In this document: in pieces, positions 22,784-35,804 of the stretch
Position numbering within the stretch: the stretch's first letter is position 1
How the letters are laid out: the number at the start of each line of letters is the position of its first letter
Assembly: GCA_965649825.1 (NCBI GenBank)
Contig: OZ287697.1
Coordinates: 519,535-583,534, forward strand
From: Penicillus capitatus
Taxonomy: Eukaryota; Plantae; Chlorophyta
Reading direction: 5' to 3'
DNA length: 64,000 nucleotides
Translations under genes and position numbers: made by a program
The notes under the pieces: model-generated
Seen by the model: only the letters and a program-made list of their open reading frames with translations
The model's database searches: none
What the model was told of the DNA's origin: nothing

Positions 22784-24417
22784 TCAAACATGCTCGCTCT
22801 CTAAGAAAGAACGTTCTCTTCGTCCTCCCTCGCTGCTAACGAGACTCGCATCACGATGACGACTCCCTCTGCTCCTCTGCCTCCGAGCTCCTCCTAAACA
22901 GCAGAGAAGAGTGAAAAAGGGAAAGGTGCGCTGAGCAGTCCTTCTCGGTTCCCCCACCGGGTGGCCCCTTTCGGTGCTTACTTTTCGTCCTCGTCGTTGA
23001 GCCTAGACACATCACGGCTCGATCGAGCACCGGCAGCAAGGGAATCTGTACTTTGCCTTCTTGGCCGGAGGCGACGCTCGGTCGTCGGACGGATTCTGGC
23101 CTCCTATCTCCTGCTGGATTTCGTCGTTCAGTTCACTGACCGGCTGAAAGGCCATGTCCTCATCGTCTAGAACGCATTCTCTTACGATCACGGGGCTGAG
23201 GGTCCCTGCGTTTCCCACCTTCTAGACCGGACGCTGCCTCCTTGTCCGCCACGTGGATGGTCGATTTGACGGCGGGCTGATCCGATTCGGCATCCTCGAG
23301 CGGCTCTCCGCTCTCGATCCGTTGCCTTTCTTTTTCGAAGTTCTGCTCCTGTGTCTCCTGACAGGCGGCAAATGTCACCCATCAAAGAGCCAGCAAGAAA
23401 CGACCGCACCCGCCAGGAAGCGTGATCTGATGCATGGGAGTCCATCATGGCCTGAGTTGTCGTGCTGTGCTTTGCAGGGAGCCAGTAGATCGCTGGATGC
23501 GTGGAGGTTGACAAGAAGTGCAGCAGCAGTTCTCTGTGCTTAAGTCTCTTGGCGTATATCAACTGCAGTCCCTTTACTTTTCGCATCATGTCCAGCTCCT
23601 TCAGTTTCTCCGTCTCCTGCTGCCTGCCAGTCACATCATCCAGCCGTTCTGTCACATCACTGCATCTGCAGCGCCGATCCTCACTTCTGTTCTTCCCACT
23701 CCTTCTTCTGTTTCTCCCGCAAGCGGACGGATTCCTCAGCCGTCTTCTGTTGGGCGCGTCTTGCAATCTCTTCTCGCTTTTTCCACTTTTCTGATTTCTC
23801 CACATTATCATTCTCTTCCCTTATTCCAAAGATATGTCCAGATATCTCGATCGAGGCCATAACGTACCTGAATTTCTCGAGGGTACTGAGCAGGGATGAG
23901 AACATTCGCCTATTGCGATTCTTCATCTTTGGATCATCATCCATTCCGTGCGTCGCAGGACGTTTCAGAATCACTGGGGGTATAAAATCTCTCTACATTC
24001 ACCACCATATGCCTCGGCATCTTTCTATTCCCCTCACCTGAGCATCATCTCTATACGGTCCAGCAATGGATGAGGCCACACGTGGCTCCGGAACATTCCT
24101 TTCAGTCTACAGTTCTCGTCTGTCGACTATCCTTAGTTTGTTGTCCGATACGCACCGTCGGCACTCCAGTGTCATTCCAGCGTCCTCCGTCTGGCGGCTG
24201 GAAGCTTCTTCCAAAGAATCGCCCGCGACCGCGTCCACGAAAACGTCCTCTCCCACGACCACGTCCCCTTCCATATACCTCGAAGAGACGGTCGTTGGTC
24301 TGGATAGTGTCAGCCATCAGAGTATCGGAAGCACGACAGGAGACAGGAAAGTACCTGTCGGTATTCGTGATCGATCTGGCGGATTTCGGCCGAGAGCTCC
24401 TGCACGTTGAAGTCCAT
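22784..24417 (-). CDS. PNN: Pinin/SDK-like splicing-associated protein
   Basis: Spliced N-terminus MDFNVQELSAEIRQIDHEYRQTNDRL, an RG-rich stretch, KNRNRRMFSSLLSTLEKF, and FLSTSTHPAIYWLPAKH. 3' end approximate. Confidence 0.75.
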
Positions 24418-24444
24418 GGCGCGAAAGGGCGGAATGAGACGGTG

Positions 24445-25894
24445 ATGTTTTCATTGATGCAAGAATGCGGATGTGCACGACTGGGACGCCTAGCGACGCA
24501 GCGTGGCACCCTAACCACGCCAGCGATGCTCCTGTCGGTTCGAAAGGGCGATCTTCATGGTCTGACGCCGGAGGAGATCCACTCTCTTGGCCATCTGCCA
24601 GGAATCATCCTCAATCCTTTCGACTTGTGTGAAGAAGGCTGAAAAACGATCAGAGAGAAAAGTGTGATGTAGTGTGACAGAAGCTGTTCAGAAGAACTTG
24701 GATGGAGATGGCCGACAAACAGGATCCGAGCTTTTCAATTTGAACTCTCCTTTGACCATCGCAGTGCCCAAAGATGAGATGCAGAATGAATTTCTACCGT
24801 CGAACAATGACAAGGGCGTCTCCGTCATGCTCAGAACGGGAAAGAGACAGGTAAGACGCATGTTAAAGAGTGAGAACCAAAGGATCCATGGTTACATGTC
24901 AAAAAGATCACACCCGCTATGTACAGCACTCTGATCCGAAAGATACAGCCAGATATCAGTACCTGCCTTTGGGATGAGGCAATGCACTGGAATCGTTTGT
25001 CGTGATCTGAAAAGCGTGTGTGTATTCCGAAGGTTCCTGCCAATGCCAGCGACAAGAGAGTACAAGGTGCCGTTTTTCGCACGGCGAAGGTCCAAGGATG
25101 GAAAGTGTGTCGGATAAGGAGGTCACTTTTTCGCTGTAGTGGCTGGAGGACGCGATGAAATCGGAAAGGAATGAGGATCGGTTGACATGGGCCAATATTG
25201 TGGGTGGACCTTCGCCTGATCTCCGTCGCCTGTCTGCACAGAAGGTCAACGATTTGAAGCCGGATGGTTATGTACTCGGTGGTTTTGGCGGCGGCGGCGG
25301 CGGAGTCACCTCACCGTATAGCGATGCTGCACTGGAAATCACCCTTTCGCATCTCGATCCTCAGAAACCGAGACTGATGACAGGCATTGTACGTCAAGCC
25401 GTGTGCATCCACACCATAGCGGACTTTTATGCTGTGATGGCAGCTGTCTCCGATCGACATGTGGAAGGTCATTGGATTGGGAGTGGACCTCGTTGACAGC
25501 AGCTTCATCTGGGACATCTGTTCTAAGGGACAAGCTCTGGTACAAGAGCCCACAGAACAGGACAACGCATTTCGTTATCGGTTGCTCAATATGTACGACA
25601 CGGCTTTGCAGTGGGTCGCCTGCACATTCTGAACGCTGCTGTCCACGTGTGTGTCTGCACAGAGGAGATGCACGTCCATTGGCACCGGATTGTCAGTGTC
25701 CCTGCTGTCAACGCCATTCGAGAGCCTATGTCCATCATTTGCTGACCGAGAACGAAATCTTGGGCACCGTGCTACTGCAAATGCACAATCTATTTTGGAT
25801 CTTTGCATTCTTTCGCCAAATTCAATTGTACATGCAACGAGAACAGCGGCTACAAGAGTTTGTTGTCGAAGGCCCTCGTACTTTATGCCCTTGA
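24445..25894 (+). CDS. QTRT2: Queuine tRNA-ribosyltransferase accessory subunit
   Basis: ARLGRL...TTPAMLLSVRKG, IVGGPSPDLRRLSA, GYVLGGF, KPRLMTG, PLAPDCQCPCCQRHSRAYVHHLL...LLQMHN. Confidence 0.85.
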
Positions 25895-26364
25895 CAGTTC
25901 AGTATCAAGTGAAAAGAATATTCCAAGTAAAGCAACAATTGAAGGTAAACACACACAGGCTTATGCACGTCCGTTCACCTTGTGAGTTCATTATGCTTGG
26001 TTCAATCCCATTATGAGATTAAGAGATCAAATATATCAAATGGTATCGCACATAAGATCCGACAAAAGTGTGCAACAGACAACTCCGTGCCGATTTATTA
26101 TTGGACAAGGACGGAGTGCGATGCTTTATTCTGAGTCTTACTGGTCGTCTGAGAATTCGGCCCAGAGAGCGACCAGCTCATCTTATTCATGAAATACTGA
26201 ATGTCCGTGTTAGTGGGGACTTCAGTTTCTTGAAAGTTGAAAAAAGCGACTAGTGAAATGCATTTCCAAGTCTAATCTAAAAACCTTTTGCACAAAGCGA
26301 GTCATCATCATAGATGGAAACAAGATTGCAGTCGCGCTTTTATTCAGTTCCGTACAGGAATGTG

Positions 26365-28037
26365 TTATGAAGTGCCAAAAACAAAATGAGCGTACTTATG
26401 CGTATTGAGAGGAGATGACGAGCCATCTGAATCTGTGGCAGTCGAATCAAATAGCGGAGGATAAACGTTTCTTGGAAGGCTACTGGTTTTGCAGAAATTG
26501 TTGTTGTTGTTACTGCTGCTGTTACTGCTGTTGTTTATGAAGTGAGGTTGAGAACATGCCAAAGATTCGATGAATGTAAAGTGCTTTGGAATCTTGGTGC
26601 CGCTTCCCACGTCCAAAAATAGTTGAGCACTTTGATTCGCCATGACCCAAGAGCATAGACTGCGTCTCTTCAGATCCAAGGCGTCGATGAGGTAGTGCTC
26701 GATATACGCACCCTGACACGATATCTCTTTGACCGACAGCACGAAGCTCCCAGGCTCAGAACTGATCCGAACGAGAAAAGTTCCGGGGACCTCTTGTTCA
26801 AGGATTTCCTCGCTTTTTGTGCGATCGACCCAGAAGGGACAGATCCTGACCATGTCATCAGAACACCACAGGAAGTTCTCCCTCTTCAGAGAGACAAGGC
26901 AAGCCAAGTACCACTTTGCAAACTTATCGAAAAGCCGACGATGGTCTTCGACGCTGCTCAAATACCACGGCTCACTCACTAGATAGAACACGCACACGCA
27001 TACGATGCCATTTGGCATTGGCCAGCGATTGACTACTTTGTGTAGTGAGCCCCTTTATTCCAAGCTTCACGCCAAGGAATCCCAGATCATAGAGCGTCAG
27101 GCCTCGATTGAAGTGGCACTGGTTGTATGCAGCGAGGATCCATTCCCTGACATCTTGCGGAATAGACTGTTGCTGCGAGCCTCCAGCAGGGTCCTTATTA
27201 CATGAAGAGGAAGACTGAGGTATCTAATCACAGCAACACACCACAGCACAGCACAGCACGAAGTCAGCACACACACGATGGTGGACGGAATCAGAGCGCA
27301 CCGTCTGAGACGTTGTCAGCGAGGATCTGTCAGTTATTTCCAAGAACGGATGGTCATTAGCCAGTATGCAGCAAGCTTTGCAGTACTGGTCCGTTTTTCT
27401 GCAAAGCAGCCAAGAGAACATCATCTAGAGGATGGATGGCTGTGTCCTGTGCCGTGTTTACCTCGAAAGGACGATCGTAGGACGTTTATAGATAATACAG
27501 AGGATATCATCTCGAACACGAGCAACAAACAGCAGCCACCTCAACGCCATCCTTGACGAAGTCTTGAAGTGCATGTCTACAAATTCGAAAGTCTCTTGGA
27601 CGCTCGTATACGGTTCGTCCTTATTCGTTTGGCGATTCTGTGCCAAACACACCGTCATTCATCTCAAGCCTCGGCATAAAGCATTCAGAGCAGAGATGTC
27701 ATACCTCCAGGCACTTGTAAATGGAGGCATTGGCTAAACCGCTATCGGATGGGAGGGTGGCGAAGCTGTTTTGCGATGCTTGTTTCAGAAACGACGCCAG
27801 AGAGTCTTTCGTGAGAGAGTACACATTCACCTTGATCGGCACCTGAGAACAATGCTTCCCAAAACACGCTGAAATTTGAACCTGTCAGCATCCACCGACC
27901 CATCCATGGTCCATCCCATTTTTAATGTATCTCCAGACCTTAAACGGCGGCGAGCAAGCTTTCTTTTGAGTGACTGGCTTTCGGAAAGAAGGCGGAGCTT
28001 GAGAAATGGACATATCGACCGTGAGCAAGTCGTCCAT
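26365..28037 (-). CDS. STAT-like protein (putative DNA-binding domain, linker, SH2)
   Basis: Linker NRGLTLYDLGFLGVKLG, KFAKWY, SH2 core VPGTFLVRISSEPGSFVLSV. N-terminal exons QAPPSF...PFKVQI and FEFVDMHFKTSSR...PTIVLSR. Start codon uncertain. Confidence 0.72.
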
Positions 28038-28559
28038 CTTCACAGCCGATGCCCGAGTGCACGCCTTTTCTTGACAGTTCCATTGCCGTGACTCGACAAC
28101 TGCACACACAGACCCAACAACATTCGTCTCAATTCTGCCGTCACTTATCAGCCGAAGGCAATTACTTTTTTGCTCAGGAAGATAGCAGACGAGGCTGAGC
28201 TGCTCCTGAAGTATACAGCCAACGTGAGACACGTCTCAAGGATCCCTGCGGTACGGTTACTTCGCGGGTTGGCATTATGTCTGCTTTTTGCATAGAGCTC
28301 ATGATTTGTTGATGGCAAAAGAGCGCGAGAGCGTCGTAAACAATATGCGGCAGTCAATGGGTAAGAACGATCACTGGACAAAGGCGTGTGCTGAAATGAG
28401 CGCGTCCTGTTTTCAATTGGATACCCAACCGAAGCTAAACACGCGCTTTAGAGAATTGAGACCAATCAAGATTGCTTGCTCGTCAACCGCCGTCTACATT
28501 AAGCGGGACTGAACGGAATAGACGGATTCATCCGACAAAGCTACGCTTGCGGCGCGATC

Positions 28560-30053
28560 ATGTTGCGCGCCGTCACTCGGAAACGTTGTCTGTGGACGCC
28601 AACGTATCGTCTACTATCGGGAACGCCATTCGAAAACGCGTCGCCGTCGACGGACCTTAAGGACGTCTTGAAAGAGAAGATCCCTGAGAAGCAGGCAGAA
28701 GTCAAACAGGTCAGAACAGAACATGGCGAGAAGACACTGGGAAACGTGACGGTCAACATGTGCCTTCGCGGGATGCGTGGCATTCCGGGTCTCCTATGGG
28801 AGACGTCTCTTCTCGATCCCGAAGAGGGCATACGTTTTCGGTAATGTCATCATAGAGGAGGATGTCGCGATGTATGGCAGTGCGTGATAGGGGCTACAGC
28901 ATTCCGGAGCTGCAGGAAACGTTGCCCGCCGCCGTGCCAAAGGGAGAGCCGTTGCCCGAGGGCCTATTGTGGCTTCTGTTGACCGGCGACGTTCCTTCTA
29001 AAGAACAGGTCAAAGGAGTGACAGAAGAGCTGCGGACACGAGAGAAACTCCCCGGACACATTCACGGCGTTCTGGATGCAATGCCTCCGAACACGCATCC
29101 GATGACGTACTTCGCCCAAGCCATTCTCGCATTGCAGCCAGCCAGCCATTTCGCCAAAGCGTATGAAAGCGGCGTGCACAAATCGGAGCTCTGGCAGCAT
29201 TGCTACGAGGATTCCATGGATATCATCGCAAAGCTTCCGCAGATTGCTGCTCTGATTTATCGAAAGCTCTACAAAAACGGAAACCTCATTCCTCCGGATG
29301 GATCTCTCGATTGGGCAGGGAATCTGTCGCATATGATGGGATACGATCGCGAAGATGCACAGGAACTGATGCGTCTGTATCAGACAATCCACAGTGATCA
29401 CGAGGGCGGTAATGTCAGTGCCCATACCTGTCATCTGGTTGGCAGTGCTCTGTCCGATCCCTATCTTGCCTTTTCGTCCTGTCTCAATGGCCTGGCTGGT
29501 CCATTGCATGGACTGGCCAATCAAGAAGTCCTCAGATGGCTCAATACTGTCACCAAACAGGTATACCCACCTGTCGATCACGTTTCTCACATATGCTCAC
29601 TCTTTTGTGGTGTAGTTAGGAGAGCGTCCTTCTCAGGAGCAATTGACAGCGTTTATATGGGATACGCTGAAATCGGGTAAAGTGGTGCCTGGATTCGGCC
29701 ATGCAGTTTTGCGCAAGACGGATCCACGTTATACCTGTCAACGTGCCTTTGCTCTTAAGCATCTTCCCGATGATCCCATGTTCAAGCTGGTCTCCGATCT
29801 CTACGAAGTGGCGCCGAAAGTGCTGAGCGAGACAGGCAAAGTGCAGAATCCCTGGCCAAATGTCGATGCCCATTCCGGCGTCCTACTACAGTACTATGGC
29901 ATCACAGAAGAGAATTTCTACACCGTCCTCTTTGGCGTTTCCCGTGCTCTGGGCGTCATGTCTCAAGGCATCTGGTCCAGAGCTCTCGGTCTGCCCATCG
30001 AACGACCCAAGAGTCTCACTCTCGCTGCCCTCAAACAACGCATCGCTAAATGA
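28560..30053 (+). CDS. CS: Citrate synthase, mitochondrial type
   Basis: [78 protein letters not shown]. Confidence 0.95.
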
Positions 30054-30143
30054 AATGCATCATCATGAACTGAACGATCGTAGATGTCATGGGAATGAAT
30101 GTACGACGGGTAGATGGATTGACACATCTGCTGGCGTTTTGCG

Positions 30144-30715
30144 ATGCTCCTGAACGCCGCTTCTCGTTTCCCGAACGTCGCGCGCCTCGAAGGCACACGC
30201 GTCGCTGCACGGTCCCGACGCACGCCACGCCGGGCGTCTCTCCGACCCCGAGCAACGGCAGGTTCTTTACGAATGGCACCCACTCGCCCTCCCACACACA
30301 TGCGTTCGTGGCAGAGTCGGAGACGCAAGTCCAACAGTCGACGCTAGAACTCATGCGTCATTTCTCCGAGACCTACTGCAAACGGTGCGTCGCCATTCTG
30401 CCTCGGGCAATCACCGACAGATGTCCGATGATCAGGAGTGATACCTATTTCTGCGCGGATAAGTCGGTGACAGCGACGGTGATCCATGGTCTGGCTGAGC
30501 ATAAGGAACGTGTGGGTGCACCCCTGTGTCCTTGTCGTCACTATGACGATAAAGTAGCCGAAGTGAAGAACGGTTACTGGAACTGTCCCTGTGTGCCCAT
30601 GAGGGAACGCAAAGAATGTCATTGTATGCTGTTCTTGACGAAAGACAACGCTTTTGTCGGCGAAGATCAGGATATCTCGATGGAGGAGATTCTTGACGCA
30701 CGTGGCGCTAAGTAG
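30144..30715 (+). CDS. FTRB: Ferredoxin-thioredoxin reductase catalytic (beta) subunit, plastid-targeted
   Basis: GAPLCPCRHY, YWNCPCVPMRERKECHCMLFL. Arg/Ala-rich transit peptide. Two introns. Confidence 0.93.
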
Positions 30716-30793
30716 CTCGTTTTTGTGAAGCGGTGTCAACTGCGTCGTCGTCGTCGTCGATCGAATGGTGTGCGCCAAGTGATGTGACGTCTC

Positions 30794-32462
30794 ATGGCCT
30801 CCAGGCATCCTGGCATCGCATGCGTTGGCGCGATGCGTTCTGTGCTGTCGTCCCCTCGGTCTTGCGCACAAGTGTCTCCCGCAAGGTCGGTGGCGATCCC
30901 TTTCGCGCGACGGTTGGAAAAACGACGGTGTCGACGACGCGCTCGCCTTCACAGCACCGACGCCATGAATAGCTCCTCGCACTCGACACCCAATAGCGCG
31001 TCTGCCAGCGCAGCTGAATCATGACCGAGGCCTAAGTGTTGTCTAGGCGTGCTGTCGAACGCGACATATCTATACGAACATGTATGGGAGAGTTCTCAGC
31101 CTTCGAGTGCCAGGTCTGACAATATTTCCCGCAGCAAACCGCGTCTCGTTGTCTTCAGCGGTGGAACGGCCTTCAACAGCGTGGCAGGTATCGACGCCTT
31201 GTTCAGCACCGGCCCCAAGGCATCATCTCATGATGTGATGCATCAGAGAGGTTGACCAAATGGACAACCGATGTGGCATACGTCCTGCCCGTTTCTGATG
31301 ACGGCGGCAGTACAGCAGAAATCGTACGTGTGGTCGGCGGTCCTGCCGTTGGAGACATTCGCTCACGTTGCCTCCGTCTCGCCGACAAATCCGACACAGA
31401 GGTCTCTATGGATGACATCCGTCGATGATGTGACAGCCCGCTCGTGTGTAGAGCCGTGCTGTCCGGATGCTATTGGGACATCGTCTGTCATCTCAGAACG
31501 GTGATGAGGCAAAGTGTGAGTGGATGGAGATCGTGGAAGGAAGACACATGATGTGGAATGATGTGACAGAGCCATACAAACACACCATTCGTGCCTTTCT
31601 CATCTTCTTCCAGAACGAAATCCTGCGCAACTGCCGCACGCATTTTGACTTCCGGAACGGATCGGTGGGAAATTTCTTCTTTGCTGGAGCCCGTCTCTTT
31701 TTCCATTCCTTAGAAGCGGCGATCTTTCTCTTTTCGAGAGTGACCCGTATTCCTGAGGGATCCAAAGTTCTGCCTGCCATTCAGACAGAGGAGCGCATTA
31801 CACTTGGGGCACAGCTAAAGAACGGACTGTTTATCAGAGGCCAGAGTCAAATCTCACATCCGCAAGGGAGCAATATTCATATCGTGGATAAGCAGTGCGA
31901 TGGCGGACCGTTGCCGGCTGCGATTCACAGAGTGTTCTATCTAGCCAGCGAAGGGACAGGTGTGGAGCACGAAGTGCAGTTCGAGGCAAATCGCTCCGTG
32001 ATCACCGCTTTGGAACAGGCCGATATGATCGTCTACGGAATGGGCTCACTCTATACGAGCATTTGCTCCACACTGATCCTCAGAGGTATTGGAGAAGTGA
32101 TTTCGGAGAAGTCTTGTCCAAAAGTGCTGCTTTTGAATGGGGGTCACGATCGAGAGACATACCTATGTCGCTCGTCTGTGAAATCGGGCCCCATGTCGGC
32201 GAAGGACGTGTTGGAAGCGGTCGTCGATGCGCTGAACAGAATCAGTTGCGAGGGACTGGAGAATCCAGTGGAAAGATACGTCACGACGATTCTCTTTCCC
32301 CGAAACGGACGGATCGATATCAATCGGACGGAGTTGGAAGTCATGGGCGTCCGATCGATCATCGAAGTGGATTCGGTCACCGATCACAAATCCGCTGTGC
32401 GTTATCGGCCAGATGCCCTTGTCCAGATACTAACAGAAATCTCCGAGAGTCCCTGGACGTAG
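30794..32462 (+). CDS. CofD/UPF0052 family protein (MEE18/YNL011C-like)
   Basis: LVVFSGGTAFN, VLPVSDDGGSTAEIVRVVGGPAVGDIRSR, FRNGSVGNFFFAGARLFF, IVYGMGSLYTSI, KVLLLNGGHDRET. 5' exons uncertain. Confidence 0.82.
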
Positions 32463-32683
32463 TGGATCCGCGCAAAACGGATCGAAACGCGATCACTGTC
32501 GAGTGGGTGGTGGTTGAACAGATGGGAGAAATTGGGAGAGAACGGATGATGATATCTCCTTGTCTGATAACAATTCATGACCTCCATGCGTAACAAAGTG
32601 TCACACAGCACCGATCGTCGAAAAGAGATTTCGAGTCATCGAGTCGATAGAATCGTGGGACAGTCGTAGATACACCTGTCCCA

Positions 32684-33113
32684 TCAGTTACACGGATGGT
32701 CATCCGACGCACGGCGCTTGTGTCTTGTCTCCTGACAACGGACGACATCTGCATTTCCAACGGTAAACGCTCCGCACCCTCCTCTCAAAGCCAACACCTG
32801 TCATCGCCGTCACATCATGGCGGCCGTTGTGATGTCGCGCGTACCAAGTGTAGAACGGACCCGCCCTCGATGTTGTACTCTCGGGCGATTTTGTCATCGT
32901 TCATCTGCTTTCCAGCAAATATCAGACTGCGATCGAAACAGGACAGCAGTGAAGAGGGAGGGATGCTGTCGACGGACAGATGCTTTACCGTTGCTGGACG
33001 GGAGGAATCCCTTCCTTCTCTTCCACACGTTCTTTGATTCGATAGATGGTATCTGTGGGATCGATGTCAATCTCAATCTCTTTTCCTGTCAGTGTCTTCA
33101 CTTTTATCATCAT
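32684..33113 (-). CDS. RUB1: NEDD8/RUB ubiquitin-like modifier (not in the supplied ORF track; 3 exons)
   Basis: [42 protein letters not shown] / [27 protein letters not shown] / VLALRGG, followed by a 31-aa extension. Confidence 0.92.
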
Positions 33114-33374
33114 TCCGCCACTGAATCCACGAAGCGAGATGTCAAGCGAGCGGCAAAGGATTTGTGGTCACCGCAAACCAAGGTCGCAAATCTCCCAGGA
33201 GGATGTCGACTGCCGGTACTTTGCCGAGGTTCGTGGCGAGAGAATCTGCCGGACGGCGCTGTGGCGACGTGAATGCTCTTCCGTAGACGGTCGTTGCATC
33301 GAACTGCCGAAGCAAACGACGATAGAGCGATTTCGAATGACGGTGCGTTTACGGCGCAATGGCTCATCATTCTC

Positions 33375-34434
33375 ATGGCTGCGCTTCACATGGACGATTT
33401 CGCAGCGCATGGCCTTAGACTGTCGACAGAGAAAAAAGTATGCCAGCCGCGACGCCCTACGTCAAACATCCAGACGCATCCAAAGGTTGCCATCGCCATG
33501 TCGCTCAAGGCGGAAGAGCGACGCGGCAAGTATTCGCGTTTGGCATTTTGGGGCGTCATTCAGACGGAGAACGGCCAGGCATTCATGCGCTGCGTCCTCC
33601 TCAAGGGCAATCGGAATGTGTGGTCGTGTGTAGGACTACTATCTTCTGAGAGCCGAAGTGCCGACACTCGGATCGGACGATCTCTATCACTCCGAAAATC
33701 GCTACCTCGCCAGTCAGGATGGCACGACGTGGTTCTTGCTACCGACAGTCGACGCATCCGTTGCGTCCTTTGCCCTCTCACTGACGTCTCGCTTCTCGGG
33801 TCGACGCGTATCGGAACGATCGCGATTTCAGCCGTTTGCCGTTTGACAGGCGACATCTCGAAAACCTATACCGTTTCGGAAGATCGGGGAACGGAAGACG
33901 GCAACGATGCGAAGCGATTGGAGATCACAGAGCAACAGCGATTGCGTGCCGTCGTCGATGCCATAACGCGTGATACCGATATCGCCCCGCAGGTTTACAC
34001 GTGCGCACTCAGGCAATCGATCGTTGGCGTATCCGATTCGACAGGGCAGCGAAGTGCGTGCACCGGATGGTCGACGCTACGCCAATCCACATTTCCATGG
34101 ACTGTCATATCCAGACCATCTCTCTTCCTATATCTACCGAACCACCGGTGTGGATCCTCCCTTTGAGGTGCTTCATGAAATAACGCGGACTGGCAGGTCA
34201 TGTTCTCTCTGAAGTCCACAAGGAACGATGGCATCTGGCCTACGATGGCCTTCACGTGCGTGTGCATCTGTCTGCCCATGCTCGATCGATATGTATTTTC
34301 AGGGCGGCGCTGTTTTGAAGCATCTCTACTGGCTTGGGTATGCGTTCTGTTTCGCCGGTGATACATGTATCACGTGGAATGGCGTTTATATTGGAAATGG
34401 ATCTCCGAACTCTTACATTTCCTTCATGCTCTAA
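33375..34434 (+). CDS. RSP9: Flagellar radial spoke head protein 9-like
   Basis: GLRLSTEKK, LAFWGVI, DYYLL, EITEQQRLRAVVDAI, and C-terminal LYWLGY...GVYIGNGSPNSYISFML. Confidence 0.75.
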
Positions 34435-34674
34435 CCGACGGCGTAAATGTTTCTTCACGGCTAACCAGAACGCGCAAAGTACATAGGATTGGTGGTTACC
34501 GAAGACGTTCAAAAGGGCAGCAGCAGCTGTTGTTTCTTGAATCATTTCATCGTTGTCCTGAGCGTCATTCTTCTGTCATAGTCGGGGACGGTGTCTTTTC
34601 ACGTGTGCTAAGTACAGCCCTATAGAAAGTTGACCCGCCATTATCTCCGGCTGTCGATTTTCAGGCCGACCTGT

Positions 34675-35286
34675 ATGATGAACTGCGGTATATGCCGCGA
34701 GCGGTTTCGCTTGACTGAGGACCGCGTTCCAAGAGTGTTCCCTTGCGGCCATTGCTACTGCCACAAATGCATTGACTTGCTTCTGAAGTTCTGTCCTTCA
34801 CGTCAGCGTTGTCCAGAATGTCGAAAGATGATCGGCGGCACACGTCCAGAAGCGTTCCCCAAAAACTTCAAGCTCCTCGACATCATAAGCAAGAAGAAAC
34901 CGAAATCAAAACAGACAGAACTAGCCAAGGCTTCTGAAGCAGTAAGGCATCGTCAACATATCAAATTCTGGGTGTGGTTCAGTCAGTCGCTGTAGTAGAG
35001 TCCAAGTTTGGTTGGGCATTGGAAGACATTCTACGAAAAAGCTGCTATGTTCTGCAATAAATCCCAGCTTTTAGTAGACTCTTTTTTCCGCAAGGATGCA
35101 ATCGTGGGGCAGTGCAACAGTGAGGCGGTGTTGGTTCTGGAGCAATTAAAGCGCCTTTCCCGCAAGCTTAATGATCTCCAGCCCACACTGGCTGTATCGA
35201 CAGCGCATCAGGAGGTGCTTATGCCCAAACGACACTCTCAAAGACGATCTCAACCACCACAGCCGAGACAGCGCTGGCGCTACTGA
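34675..35286 (+). CDS. RING-HC finger protein
   Basis: CGIC...PRVFPCGHCYCHKC...CPECR, followed by FPKNFKLLDI. One intron. Confidence 0.75.
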
Positions 35287-35804
35287 TCTTGAATGCCGTG
35301 CATTTTGCCTGTCAACAAACAATATGGCCTTCTCTCCTAAGAGACGTCTGACGCGCACCGCCAACCACGAGTCATGTCTCCTGCACTTGATATCAAGAGA
35401 TCTCAAAGGGATCGGAATTTGCTGTTGTTCCTTCGATGCGTGTGTGTGTTTGTTAGATGTCAAAAAAATACCAAAAAAAGCCTATCGATTGCTCAATTGT
35501 AAAGCTCCTTTAGTTTGTATTAGGATCTTTTTCGTGAAACCGTATATTACTGGTGACAGGCAGCCTGTTATCCAATCTGAGATCCGGTTTAAAGAATGGC
35601 CACTACTTACTCTTTCATGTAAGAAAGCAAGAAGAGAGGAGCACTTACGAGTGGTGACTGAATGGACAGACACCCTTAGCACCTTACCTGCCTTTAAATG
35701 ACAGCATTGTCAAGCAACACTGGGTGGTACATGTAGGAGGGCCAACCACAACACGCCTGTACGATCGATCGATCGCATACGACAATGTCGTGCAGCCGTT
35801 GCAT

